The notes beneath the pieces are model-generated. The model was not told the DNA's origin. It made no database searches and saw nothing but the letters and a program-made list of their open reading frames with translations. A program made the translations under genes and the position numbers. Of a stretch of DNA of 25,277 bases, positions 1 through 8,848 are shown piece by piece (the stretch's first letter is position 1; every line of letters starts with the position of its first letter). This DNA comes from an uncultured Candidatus Saccharibacteria bacterium (lineage in GTDB: Bacteria; Patescibacteriota; Minisyncoccia; CAZCIQ01). Where the stretch lies: contig CAZCIQ010000005.1 of assembly GCA_964499175.1 (NCBI GenBank), positions 12,331-37,607 on the forward strand. The letters run 5' to 3'.

Positions 1-4
1 TAAC

Positions 5-32
5 CCCCGCGGCGAGACCGCTAGGGTTTTTA
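5..32 (+). terminator. Possible GC-rich stem (ccgcggcgagaccgc) followed by gggttttta, just after a TAA at 1-3. Possible terminator of an upstream gene outside the window.
   Basis: Imperfect GC stem plus T-run read directly from sequence. Weak. Confidence 0.2.
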
Positions 33-120
33 TACGCGCATGTGGAAAACTTTTTTCTTTATTTAATTTTTAAATGTTAAAATAAAATAGAATGCTTGAG
101 ATTAATTTAGGCATCACATT

Positions 121-1119
121 TTGCATTACTTACCAAGCAAAAAATTTATTTTAGCGATTGTGGCATTAGCCGTAATATTTACGGCTGGTTTTACGTACTA
201 CAAATACAAAAATAGCCCGCTAAAAAAAGAATTGGCTTATGAAAAAAAGGCTGTTGTCGAGCCGAAAAAATTAAACGAATTTTTAGACAAAGACACGGAT
301 AATGACGGTTTAAAAGATTGGGAAGAGGCATTGTGGAAAACAGACCCGAATAATCCGGATACGGATAAGGACGGTATCTTGGATGGAGCAGAAGTAAAAT
401 TAAACAGAGACCCCGTTAAGGCGGGGCCGAATGACCAACTTGAAACGGAAAAAGGTTCAAACGACGCAAGCTCCGACACTCTTACGGATCGCATAGGCAA
501 AGAATTTTTAATAGATTATCTGGCAAGAAAAGGAAAAGATAATCTTACAGACAGCCAGAAAAAAACCATTGTAAATTCAATGATTACTAAATTGATAAAT
601 CCGAGCGAAGAACAAACTTCGGTTGCTTACGAGCTAAAAGATATAAAAACATCAGACGATAATTCAAAAGAGGCCGTGAAAAAATACGCGAACGAAATGG
701 GTGTCGCGTTTCAAAATTTTAATTCAATTGAAACGGCGGAGATGGCAATTCTTTCCGAAATATTATTTAACGAAGAAGAAGAGTTTCCCGAGAAAATAGA
801 AGAGCTTAAAGCAAACAGGCTTGTTTATGAAAAAACGGTAAAAGATACGCTGAAAATAATCGCTCCGAAAAAATATGAAAATGTGAGCCTTGATATAACA
901 AATACCCTAAACGAAACCGCTAAAAATATTGCTAAAATGGAAATAATTTATACTGACCCGGCACAGACAACCATTGCCATTCAAAATTATTTTGACGAAT
1001 CAAAAAATACCATACAAATACTTAAAAATTTTAAAGACAGCCTAAATAAAGACAAAATCTTTTTAAAGCCTGACGAACCGGGATATATGTTCACGACAAG
1101 TTACATTTCATCATTATGA
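121..1119 (+). CDS. Membrane-anchored hypothetical protein with acidic DxDxDG calcium-binding-like repeats (thrombospondin type 3 / dockerin-like). Start uncertain: TTG at 121 or GTG at 160.
   Basis: 332-aa ORF with an N-terminal hydrophobic helix FILAIVALAVIFTAGF. Motifs DTDNDGLKDWEE and DTDKDGILDGAE. No in-frame ATG near the 5' end. Overlaps the next ORF by 4 bp (ATGA). Confidence 0.5.
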   Translation: MHYLPSKKFILAIVALAVIFTAGFTYYKYKNSPLKKELAYEKKAVVEPKKLNEFLDKDTDNDGLKDWEEALWKTDPNNPDTDKDGILDGAEVKLNRDPVKAGPNDQLETEKGSNDASSDTLTDRIGKEFLIDYLARKGKDNLTDSQKKTIVNSMITKLINPSEEQTSVAYELKDIKTSDDNSKEAVKKYANEMGVAFQNFNSIETAEMAILSEILFNEEEEFPEKIEELKANRLVYEKTVKDTLKIIAPKKYENVSLDITNTLNETAKNIAKMEIIYTDPAQTTIAIQNYFDESKNTIQILKNFKDSLNKDKIFLKPDEPGYMFTTSYISSL

Positions 1120-3281
1120 ATTTTAATTTTAAAAAAACCGCGATAGTTTTTCTTCTAGCTATTTTTATAATAACCAATATTTTGGTTTACCCATTTGAAG
1201 CTATTGCCCTTTCTACCTCCGGCGGTGTTAAAGCTTTCGCGACCGCGGTAGGTTGTTATGGAAAAAGCGGAATACTAAGCAAAGCAAAAGGTTACGCGGA
1301 AAAACTTGTTGGGAAAAAAGTGTCAGGCGCCATAGGTAAAGCAAAAAGCGCGGTTGTAAACAAGGGAAAAGAAATCTTCAACAAAGTCTTTAAAAACAAA
1401 GCAAAAGACGCGGCGGAAAAAGTGTTAGGGAAAGCTCTTCCTCCTAGCATTTTAGGCGGAGGAGCGAGAGTGCCCACACGAACTCTCGGAGATGAAAGCG
1501 AAGGAGGAATTTATAATGAAACAAAAAAAGGATTTGATACTTTAAATAATTATAAAAAGGACGAAAAAAAGAAAGAAAGATGCGAAGATTCTATTGTGAG
1601 TCAAATGGCTAAATTTCTTATAAGAAAAATGGTGGACGATTTGGCTAAGTGGATTAGAGGAGGAGCGCAAGGCAAACCAAGATTCATACAAGATTTTGGA
1701 AAATATTTAAGCGAAGCAGGAGATGTTGCCGGAGGGCTTTTTTTGGAACAATTAATGGGAGACGCGAGTCCGCTTTGCGAGCCCTGGAAACTTGACATAG
1801 CTTTAAACCTTCCAAAAAGAAAAGGTTTTAGTTTTGACGCCCAATGCAAAATTTCCGAAATCGTGAACGCCTACAATCTATCAGGTATAAATGTGGATAT
1901 AAACGGCAATCCGGTGAATATTACTATTGAAGATAGTTTTAATGACTTTTCAAAAACAGGCTGGGCCGGATATTTTACAATGATTTTTAATAATCCTATT
2001 GGAGATACGCTGGACGCTTTGCAAGAATTAGAAAACCGAAAAAATCTAGCAAAAGAAAAAGCTAAGCTTGAAGCCCAAGTAAATCAAGGATTGCTTATAA
2101 GCTCCTGTACTAAAGAATTTAATGGATTAGGCGGTAAAAAATGCTCAAAATGGGAAATAACAACGCCAGGCGTGGCAATTGCTTCAGCCGTAGGAAAATT
2201 GTTTCCGTCCAATATTGACGAATTGTTTCTTGCGGATGAAATCAATGAACTGGTTGCCGCGACAATAGACGGAATTAAATCAAGAAGGCTCTGGAGCGAT
2301 GAAGGAGTGTCGGGATTTAGTTCGTCCGGCGGAAGAGGAGGCTGGCTTTCGGACGACGACCCTCTAAACACCGGGGAAGACATTTTTAATCCGCCTAATA
2401 TCATATTAGACTCAACGGAAGAATCTTTAATTTCAGCTCTTGACGATTTTATTTTTGAAGAAACGGATTATCTCACTTTAAAACAAGAATCTTTAAAAGT
2501 TATTAACACGGAAATTCTAGTGATGATGGACGATTTAATAGCAAAAACAAAAAAGAAAAAAGATAAAAAAGATCTGGAAAAACAAAAAAAAGATTTTGAA
2601 AAACAAATTATTGTCATTGACCGACAAATAACAGAATCGAAATCACTAGTTTATGAAAAAGACGGCGACCCGATTGAAAAACTTTTGACTATCAAATATC
2701 CAAACTGGGTATTTGACACGGAACAAAGAGAAGATTTTTGCGCCGAGCCAACCGCGAATTCAAACGAGCTAAGGCTTTTGCCAATGACTAAAGCTGAAGT
2801 AATATGCGCTGTGGACCAAGATAAAATTAACGAACTCGCGGACTTCATAAATAATGATTTATATTTAATGCTTGGCTCGGCAAGCGACGCCGCGAGCGAA
2901 TATGAAAACATAACATCCGTAAGAAGCGACTTAAGGGACCGTCTGAATCTTAATCCGCCTCTTGGAAGTCACGAAAGCAACGACAATGCGACTTGCTCCA
3001 TAAAAGGCTGGGCTTATGACACAGACACGCCCGGCGCAAGAGTGAATATAAGGGCTTTGCTAAACGAAGACGAATCAAGCGCTATTTCCGGCGTAGCGAA
3101 TATTGAAAGAAACGAGATAGCCGTTTGCACTCCGGAAAAATTCTGCGGCTTTGAAATATCTTTAATCGGCGCGGTTGCAAGCAGCACTCCAACTTCAATA
3201 ACAGTCCAAGCTCAAGACACGAGCGATGAAGAAAGCTGGAGCGATTTGGAAGATACGCCAAAAGAGATAACCTGCGTGTAA
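1116..3281 (+). CDS. Large secreted or membrane-anchored hypothetical protein (721 aa) with an N-terminal signal/TM segment and several cysteines.
   Basis: Long ORF. N-terminus KKTAIVFLLAIFIITNILVYPFEAIA is signal-peptide-like, followed by a lysine-rich region. Translationally coupled to the upstream ORF. First gene of the T4SS-like block. Confidence 0.5.
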   Translation: MNFNFKKTAIVFLLAIFIITNILVYPFEAIALSTSGGVKAFATAVGCYGKSGILSKAKGYAEKLVGKKVSGAIGKAKSAVVNKGKEIFNKVFKNKAKDAAEKVLGKALPPSILGGGARVPTRTLGDESEGGIYNETKKGFDTLNNYKKDEKKKERCEDSIVSQMAKFLIRKMVDDLAKWIRGGAQGKPRFIQDFGKYLSEAGDVAGGLFLEQLMGDASPLCEPWKLDIALNLPKRKGFSFDAQCKISEIVNAYNLSGINVDINGNPVNITIEDSFNDFSKTGWAGYFTMIFNNPIGDTLDALQELENRKNLAKEKAKLEAQVNQGLLISSCTKEFNGLGGKKCSKWEITTPGVAIASAVGKLFPSNIDELFLADEINELVAATIDGIKSRRLWSDEGVSGFSSSGGRGGWLSDDDPLNTGEDIFNPPNIILDSTEESLISALDDFIFEETDYLTLKQESLKVINTEILVMMDDLIAKTKKKKDKKDLEKQKKDFEKQIIVIDRQITESKSLVYEKDGDPIEKLLTIKYPNWVFDTEQREDFCAEPTANSNELRLLPMTKAEVICAVDQDKINELADFINNDLYLMLGSASDAASEYENITSVRSDLRDRLNLNPPLGSHESNDNATCSIKGWAYDTDTPGARVNIRALLNEDESSAISGVANIERNEIAVCTPEKFCGFEISLIGAVASSTPTSITVQAQDTSDEESWSDLEDTPKEITCV

Positions 3282-3285
3282 GTTT

Positions 3286-3353
3286 TTAAGGTTTGACCTT
3301 AAAGAGGAACCCCGCTAAAGCGGAACAAAGGGAAAAGGTCAAACCTTAAAGAG
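3286..3353 (+). promoter_or_regulatory. Structured intergenic element. Palindromic unit aaggtttgacctt (3288-3300) and its reverse complement aaggtcaaacctt (3335-3347) flank a small ccgc-taaa-gcgg hairpin. A direct repeat accttaaagag occurs at 3296-3306 and 3343-3353.
   Basis: Read directly. Each 13-mer is self-complementary and the two are mutual reverse complements. Lies between the 721-aa ORF stop (3279-3281) and the VirB6-like start (3366). Confidence 0.4.
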
Positions 3354-3365
3354 CGAAAATAATTT

Positions 3366-6300
3366 ATGAAAAAAAATTGTAAAACAAAAAATAAAATTAA
3401 TTTTAAAATAAAAAATTATTTTTTAATATTTGTAATTCTTCAAATTACAATTTCGCCTTTAATATCGTTTGCGGCACCGGCAGCAGCGCCTGTAAATGAT
3501 TTTAAAAATTTTGAAAAAACCATAGGAGACGTGCCCTGTGATTTAAAAGTAAGCTGCTGGGTGGTGTCGGTGATGGCTTGGATTGGTTATAGAATACTTC
3601 AAATAGTAAATGTCTTTTTTTATGTGTCTGTCCAAATTTTTAACCTAAGCGCTAATTTATCTCTTAATTATGCCGCTTACAGCAAAAATACCGCCGTTGC
3701 CGTATATAACGGCTGGAAATTAGCCCGCGACTTTATGAATCTGTTTTTCATATTCGTAATTCTTTTCATAGCCATATCAATAATACTCCAGCTTCATACT
3801 TATGGTTCTCAAAAAGTTCTTTTTAGGCTGATTGGAGTCGCGATTTTCATAAATTTCAGCTTTTTTGTAACCCAGCAAGTTATAGTCGCTTCAAATTCAA
3901 TGGCTTTGTTTTTTGCGAAATCCAATGACGTAAGCGTGTTTTCTTCTCCTATCGTAACGGCTCTTAATCCTCAAAACACTTTAAAAGGCTATCATATAAC
4001 AGTTAAATCAATAGCCGAATCAACTAAAAAAATGGACGTGGAACAACGAAAGAAAGTCTGTGAAGATGTATATACTGACGCAAAAATTACAAGCATAGAT
4101 ATAAAAAATTGCGACCCATTAGTACCAAATTGTGGATTCGGTAAGGCGGAAAAAGATCGTTGTTTGGCCGGAGCGGAAAATAAATTAGACGCTAAAAACA
4201 CGGAAGCTATGCTTAAAGATTTAGAGGATAGCTTAAATCCGGAAACCGCTTTGTTGCCTGTCATTATTACCACAATAGGAGGTATTGCCGTGATTCTAAC
4301 TGCTTGTTTTATATTTTTAGCAGGAGCGATTATGTTTGTGCTTAGAACCGTGGTTTTATGGATTCTGCTAATTTTATCTCCAATAGCTTTTATGTCGTTC
4401 GCCTTGCCTAGCGGGGAAAGTTTTATGAGAAAATGGTGGAGCAGACTTTTTAAAGAAGCGTTTTTCGCTCCGGCAATGATGTTTATGCTTTTTATTGTCT
4501 TTAAAATAATTACTTATAAAGACCCAGCAACCAACCTGACTTTTCTTGAAAGATTCGTTCTTCAAAATAATCAAACCGGCATAGGCGAATCATTTGTTTT
4601 TAATTTTTATTTAGTTTTACAATATATATTTCTATTAATCTTGCTTGGAAGCAGTCTAGTGGTGGCCCGAAGTCTTGGAGCAAAAGGATCAAGCGTGGCG
4701 GTAAGCTGGGGTTCCAAAGCCGCTTATTTCGCGGGCGGAGCCGCGGCCGGAGCGCTTATCACAAGACCAGCCAGGCGCTATGCCGCCGGAGCGGCTGAAA
4801 AAATAGCAACTGCCAAACCTGAAGGCCGAGTGGGCAAAGCGTTATCCGGCCTTGCCGGGCTCACCGGCATAACGGCCGCAAGCCGCTTAATTGCCGGTGG
4901 TGAAAAGAAACGAATAGAAGATGTGGAAAAACAATGGAGCAAATATTCTCCCAAAGAAACGGCGGCGTCTATTGGAAGCGGGAAGTTTCTTACGAGAGAA
5001 GGGTTGGTGGGCAGAGTCGGCGCCTTGGCTAAAGAAAATAAACTTGACTTGCTTAAACCCGAACAATTGCGACAGGCTCATAAATATATGAGCCAGCTCG
5101 GAATGGATACTTCTAAAATAGAAACATATATGCCGTCCTTAGCTAAAGATGACGCGGCAAGAGAAAAAGCGATTCAAAGTCAAAGTCCGGATAAAGTCGG
5201 CGGGATTCTTAAAAACACTGAAGAATTCGCTCAAAAAAGAGACGCCGCAGGAAATGTTGTCGGGCCAAACGATAATCAAAAACATCTTGAAAAATATTGG
5301 GGAGAGGGCCACCTTGAAGAAGCCGACAAAGCGGCGCAGACCGACAAAACAGGCAAGACCAAAGAATCTCTTAAAGAATTTTTTGACGCAATGGCGCGCG
5401 AATATAAAACCACAAACTCAGATGATGTTATAAAAGGACTAGAAAGTGAGGGCAAAAAAGCTCTGGCAGATGCCATCCGTAACAAGAGTAAAGGTCTTGG
5501 CGGAACAAAAGATATGGATAAAATTATTCCAGAACTCAATACCACCTTAACACCGCAAGGAAAAATGGATCTAAAAGCCGCCAATCAAAAATACAATCCT
5601 TCAAAAATGGATGACATTACCTCAGGACTTGAAGCTAGAGGAAACTTTAAGTTGGCAAAAGCCTTAAAAACCGAGGAAGGAGAAACGATATTTAAAAAGA
5701 ACGCCACAGGCGGGAAAGACTTTGAAACCGGTTCGCAACTTACGGCGCAAAAAGCAAAACAAACATTACAGCTAAACGACGCGGGCGTGGCGAATATTAT
5801 AAAGGCGGCAATACCGGCGCCGGGAAAAACGGTTTCAGAAGAAGACAAGAAAAAAACCGTTGACACCCTAAATGCCGCGGACACTAAGAGAATGGTTGCT
5901 CTGCTTGAAGAATTAAGCGCGACCGAAAGAAGAGAGTTGCGGCAAATGCTTAAATCCCGAGACGCAAAACTTGAACAAAAAGTCGGAACGGCTGAAAGAG
6001 AAAGAACGGAACAAACTTTGAAATTAGAAGACCAAGAAATCGCGGATAGGATGAAAAAAGTAACGGCAACGTCTTCTGAAGAAGAAAGAAAAGAAGTCGC
6101 GAACATAGGAATAACGGCAAATGACAAAAAACTATTAGAAATTCTGGAAAAATTAAGCCCAAGCGAAAGAAAAGAGCTTAAAAATGTAGCCGATACGACT
6201 GATGTAAAGTTGGCTGAGAGACTAGTGAAATCGTACCCAGAACTTGCGACGCAAAAAACAATAACAATGCCAAACGGCACCACAAAACCTGAAAGCCCTG

Positions 6301-6674
6301 AAGCAGAGCGTCAAAAAGTTTTTGGAAGTATGAAAAAAGAAGATATCCAAAACTTTGATTACGCAGGATTAAAAACCAGAACAACGCCAATTGATTTGGC
6401 GAAAATTATAGACGATATGATAAAATCATTTAATATCGGACATCTTAAAGCATTATATGAAAAAGAAGGCCAAATGCGGGAAGATTTTGTAAACAGATTA
6501 AAAGTAAATGTTGAAAAAGATCTTGGCAAAACACCTTCTTTAGGTGAAGCTCCCGGAAGCACGGTTAACGCCAATGAAATAGCCGATTATATGGCAAAAA
6601 AATTAAAAAGACCTGAAATGGCAAATTCCATAAGAACAGGTCCTAGTGTGCGTGAAATATTAGGCTTACCATAA
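3366..6674 (+). CDS. virB6: VirB6/TrbL-like polytopic T4SS inner-membrane protein, 1102 aa. Signal peptide, about 7-8 TM helices and a large loop in the first ~430 aa. An Ala/Gly-rich linker is followed by a ~650-aa lysine/glutamate-rich hydrophilic C-terminal extension with internal repeats.
   Basis: The hydrophobicity pattern (FLIFVILQITISPLISFAAPAAAP signal, multiple TM blocks, cysteine-rich loop CEDVYTD...NCDPLVPNCGFG) fits VirB6/TrbL topology. Position is upstream of the VirB3-like and VirB4 genes. Family call made by eye. Confidence 0.5.
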   Translation: MKKNCKTKNKINFKIKNYFLIFVILQITISPLISFAAPAAAPVNDFKNFEKTIGDVPCDLKVSCWVVSVMAWIGYRILQIVNVFFYVSVQIFNLSANLSLNYAAYSKNTAVAVYNGWKLARDFMNLFFIFVILFIAISIILQLHTYGSQKVLFRLIGVAIFINFSFFVTQQVIVASNSMALFFAKSNDVSVFSSPIVTALNPQNTLKGYHITVKSIAESTKKMDVEQRKKVCEDVYTDAKITSIDIKNCDPLVPNCGFGKAEKDRCLAGAENKLDAKNTEAMLKDLEDSLNPETALLPVIITTIGGIAVILTACFIFLAGAIMFVLRTVVLWILLILSPIAFMSFALPSGESFMRKWWSRLFKEAFFAPAMMFMLFIVFKIITYKDPATNLTFLERFVLQNNQTGIGESFVFNFYLVLQYIFLLILLGSSLVVARSLGAKGSSVAVSWGSKAAYFAGGAAAGALITRPARRYAAGAAEKIATAKPEGRVGKALSGLAGLTGITAASRLIAGGEKKRIEDVEKQWSKYSPKETAASIGSGKFLTREGLVGRVGALAKENKLDLLKPEQLRQAHKYMSQLGMDTSKIETYMPSLAKDDAAREKAIQSQSPDKVGGILKNTEEFAQKRDAAGNVVGPNDNQKHLEKYWGEGHLEEADKAAQTDKTGKTKESLKEFFDAMAREYKTTNSDDVIKGLESEGKKALADAIRNKSKGLGGTKDMDKIIPELNTTLTPQGKMDLKAANQKYNPSKMDDITSGLEARGNFKLAKALKTEEGETIFKKNATGGKDFETGSQLTAQKAKQTLQLNDAGVANIIKAAIPAPGKTVSEEDKKKTVDTLNAADTKRMVALLEELSATERRELRQMLKSRDAKLEQKVGTAERERTEQTLKLEDQEIADRMKKVTATSSEEERKEVANIGITANDKKLLEILEKLSPSERKELKNVADTTDVKLAERLVKSYPELATQKTITMPNGTTKPESPEAERQKVFGSMKKEDIQNFDYAGLKTRTTPIDLAKIIDDMIKSFNIGHLKALYEKEGQMREDFVNRLKVNVEKDLGKTPSLGEAPGSTVNANEIADYMAKKLKRPEMANSIRTGPSVREILGLP

Positions 6675-6713
6675 GTATAAAAAATTAGAAATAACTAAAA
6701 GCTAAAATTAATT

Positions 6714-7604
6714 ATGCAATATACAACAAAACAACTGCAAGAAAAATACAAGTCTTTACCTGAAGATTTAAAAGACGCGATATGGAGCACCGCGTCCGCC
6801 GAAATCATTCAATCCATAGGAAAAAAATACGGTTTAAATGTGGAACAAGTAGGAAAACTGGCTTCGGAAACAGGTCTTGTGCTTTTAGGCTTATCTCATC
6901 CAAAGGATTATATTAAAAGCCTGTCGGCAAACATAACGATTGAGATTGACACAGCAAGAAAAATTGCCGAAGAAGTTAATAATGGAATCTTTTCAAAAGT
7001 TAAAGAACACTTAAAAAAATTACATGGAATAGATACGGGAATTCCCCAACCAATAGCGCCGGAAAAAAAACAAGAATTTCAAAAACCAATATCACCCTCT
7101 CCGATTTCACCACTACCTCCGCATTCTCCGTCTCCGCTTTCATCTTCTCCGCCTAAAAATCCTTTAGAGCTTTTTCAAAAACACGAACTGGAAAAACAAA
7201 ATTCCCCTATAAATCCCGTATCAGAAATACAGCCGAAAAAAGAAGTTAGCTTTTTCCCAAAACAAGCAGAACCGCCCGCGTTAATTCTTAAACAAACAGA
7301 GTTGCCGGCGCCAAAATCTGCCGAACCGCCTGCGACAACATCAGCGCCCACTCCCGCGTCAACGCCCCCACCTTTGCAAACACCGAAACCAATTGAGCCG
7401 CCTGCTCCAATAATACCAACGCCGCCAAATAATGTTGTAAAAACATTAGAACCAAATCCGATAAAACAAACGGAAAATCCTTTAATTTTCACTGAAAAAA
7501 TAAGAGAAGAACCGCACAGAGACCAAAGTCAAACAATTGAAATTAAACCGGACGCTTTAAAAATTTACGAAAAAGGAAGCGACCCTTACAGGGAACCGAT
7601 ATAA
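6714..7604 (+). CDS. Hypothetical protein. A ~115-aa N-terminal globular region is followed by a proline/serine-rich low-complexity C-terminal region (PSPISPLPPHSPSPLSSSPP...).
   Basis: 296-aa ORF in the T4SS block. The low-complexity Pro-rich tail is reminiscent of wall-spanning or surface linker regions. Confidence 0.45.
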   Translation: MQYTTKQLQEKYKSLPEDLKDAIWSTASAEIIQSIGKKYGLNVEQVGKLASETGLVLLGLSHPKDYIKSLSANITIEIDTARKIAEEVNNGIFSKVKEHLKKLHGIDTGIPQPIAPEKKQEFQKPISPSPISPLPPHSPSPLSSSPPKNPLELFQKHELEKQNSPINPVSEIQPKKEVSFFPKQAEPPALILKQTELPAPKSAEPPATTSAPTPASTPPPLQTPKPIEPPAPIIPTPPNNVVKTLEPNPIKQTENPLIFTEKIREEPHRDQSQTIEIKPDALKIYEKGSDPYREPI

Positions 7605-7618
7605 ATAATTAATTATGT

Positions 7619-8032
7619 ATGCAATTTCACGTTCCACAATTTATAGAAGTAGAAAATAAAATTTTCGGACCGCTCACCTTCAAACAATTCGCTTATCTTA
7701 TTGGCGGAGCTGGATTAATATTTTTAATTTACACGCAACTCCCTTTATGGCTCACTGTTTTGCTCGCGATTCCGGCGGGCGGTATGTCGTTCGCCTTGGC
7801 GTTTTTAAAAATACACGGAAAACCTTTTATTGAGGTGGTTGAAAAAGCGATAAAATATTTTTCCGGAGCGCGGCTTTATATATGGAAAAAGCCCACGGCA
7901 GGCAGGCAAAAAGAAAATATTATTCAAAAAATCGGAACTGAAATGAAATCAGGACAAACAATACCCAAGCTTACGCGAAACAAACTTCAAGACCTCGCTT
8001 GGAGCTTGGATGTTAAAGAAAAAGTCAAATAG
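7619..8032 (+). CDS. PrgI-family / VirB3-like small membrane protein. In this family a conserved N-terminal motif is followed by two TM helices.
   Basis: 137 aa. N-terminus FHVPQFIEVENKIFGPLTFKQFAYLIGGAGLIFLIY matches the PrgI/VirB3-like pattern, followed by LWLTVLLAIPAGGMSFALAFL. Lies immediately upstream of the VirB4 N-terminal fragment, which is the canonical VirB3-VirB4 order. Confidence 0.5.
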   Translation: MQFHVPQFIEVENKIFGPLTFKQFAYLIGGAGLIFLIYTQLPLWLTVLLAIPAGGMSFALAFLKIHGKPFIEVVEKAIKYFSGARLYIWKKPTAGRQKENIIQKIGTEMKSGQTIPKLTRNKLQDLAWSLDVKEKVK

Positions 8033-8037
8033 CTTTT

Positions 8038-8100
8038 TATAAGCTTTTGGCTTATAGCTTTTAGAAGTTTAAAATACCTAAAAGCTAACAGCTATAAGCT
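8038..8100 (+). promoter_or_regulatory. Cluster of short hairpins and repeats upstream of the VirB4 N-fragment. These are tataagc-ttttg-gcttata (8038-8056) and agcttttag ... ctaaaagct (8056-8064 / 8078-8086), with a repeated tataagct motif at 8038-8045 and 8093-8100.
   Basis: Inverted and direct repeats read directly from sequence. Candidate operator or attenuator between the PrgI-like and VirB4-N ORFs. Confidence 0.3.
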
Positions 8101-8107
8101 GAATCAA

Positions 8108-8716
8108 ATGCCCCAAACATCATCAAAATCAAGCCAGGAATTCGTGCCTATAAAAGAAGTTCGCGACGGCATAGTAGTTCTGAAAAACGGATCTTTCCGC
8201 GCCATACTTATGGCGTCTTCTTTGAATTTTGCTTTAAAATCGCAAGATGAACAAACGGCAATAATTGACCAATATCAAAATTTTTTAAATTCATTGGATT
8301 TTTCTCTGCAAATTTTTGTCCGTTCGCGCCCAATAAACATAAATTCTTACATTGATTATTTAAAAGAACTTGAAAAAGCCCAAATGAACGAACTTTTAAA
8401 AATACAGGCGAGAGAATATATGGAATTTATAAAAACTTTGGTTGAAACGACAAACATCGTTTCAAAAAATTTTTACATATCAATACCCTTTAATCCTCCC
8501 GTATTAGAGCTTAAAAGCGCTGAAAACGTTTTTTCAAAAATAAGCGGCATTTTCACTAAATCCAAATCAAGCCCGGAGCAGCAAAAAGAAATGAAATTTG
8601 ACGAATACAAAGAACAGCTGATCCAAAGAGGGGCGGTGGTGAGCCAAGAGCTGGCGCGCCTCGGCGTGCGGACAGTGCCGCTTGACACCGAAGATGTTGT
8701 TGAATTATTTTACTAG
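8108..8716 (+). CDS. virB4: VirB4/TrbE/CagE-family T4SS ATPase, N-terminal fragment (202 aa) only. It ends in ...RLGVRTVPLDTEDVVELFY and then a stop codon.
   Basis: VPIKEVRDGIVVLKNGSFRAILMASSLNFALKSQDEQTAIIDQYQNFLNSLDFSLQIFVRS is the characteristic N-terminal region of Gram-positive-type VirB4 ATPases (PrgJ/TcpF/Tn916 Orf16-like). The rest of the protein is encoded 4.9 kb downstream at 13598-15403. Confidence 0.55.
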   Translation: MPQTSSKSSQEFVPIKEVRDGIVVLKNGSFRAILMASSLNFALKSQDEQTAIIDQYQNFLNSLDFSLQIFVRSRPININSYIDYLKELEKAQMNELLKIQAREYMEFIKTLVETTNIVSKNFYISIPFNPPVLELKSAENVFSKISGIFTKSKSSPEQQKEMKFDEYKEQLIQRGAVVSQELARLGVRTVPLDTEDVVELFY

Positions 8717-8795
8717 CGTTATAACCCAGGAGAAGAAGAAAAAAGCAAAATACCGACTTTAAATCAGTAAAACGCGCGAATTACGAAATTTCGGA

Positions 8796-8830
8796 TAAAA
8801 TAAAATCCCGTGAACATTCACGGGATATAA
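8796..8830. terminator. Bidirectional rho-independent terminator between convergent genes. Stem atcccgtga / tcacgggat has T/A-rich runs on both sides.
   Basis: Perfect 9-bp inverted repeat at 8796-8804 / 8809-8817 with a 4-nt loop. Plus-strand downstream is ataatttttatt. The minus-strand reading is followed by ttttatttta. Confidence 0.55.
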
Positions 8831-8848
8831 TTTTTATTCTACACTTTT

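Noticed and set aside
1-120. A tRNA or other RNA gene at the window start
   Set aside because: No cloverleaf-compatible arms and no T-loop GTTCRA motif. Only a weak GC stem that is better explained as a terminator remnant.
237-3281. Minus-strand ORFs 237-500, 1292-1477, 1601-1849, 2084-2404 and 2651-2911 inside the first two genes
   Set aside because: Shadow ORFs nested in longer plus-strand coding regions with no independent signals.
5585-6283. 232-aa minus-strand ORF, together with the other 60-105-aa antisense or alternate-frame ORFs inside the VirB6-like gene (3992-4273, 4374-4574, 4887-5081, 5149-5433, 5276-5584, 5950-6574)
   Set aside because: All lie wholly inside the long, well-supported 1102-aa ORF. 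Their S/F/L-rich composition is typical of antisense shadows of a K/E-rich coding strand. None has start or RBS context.
7175-7492. 105-aa minus-strand ORF overlapping the proline-rich region
   Set aside because: Gly-rich antisense reading of the Pro-rich (CCN) coding region. An artefact of low complexity.
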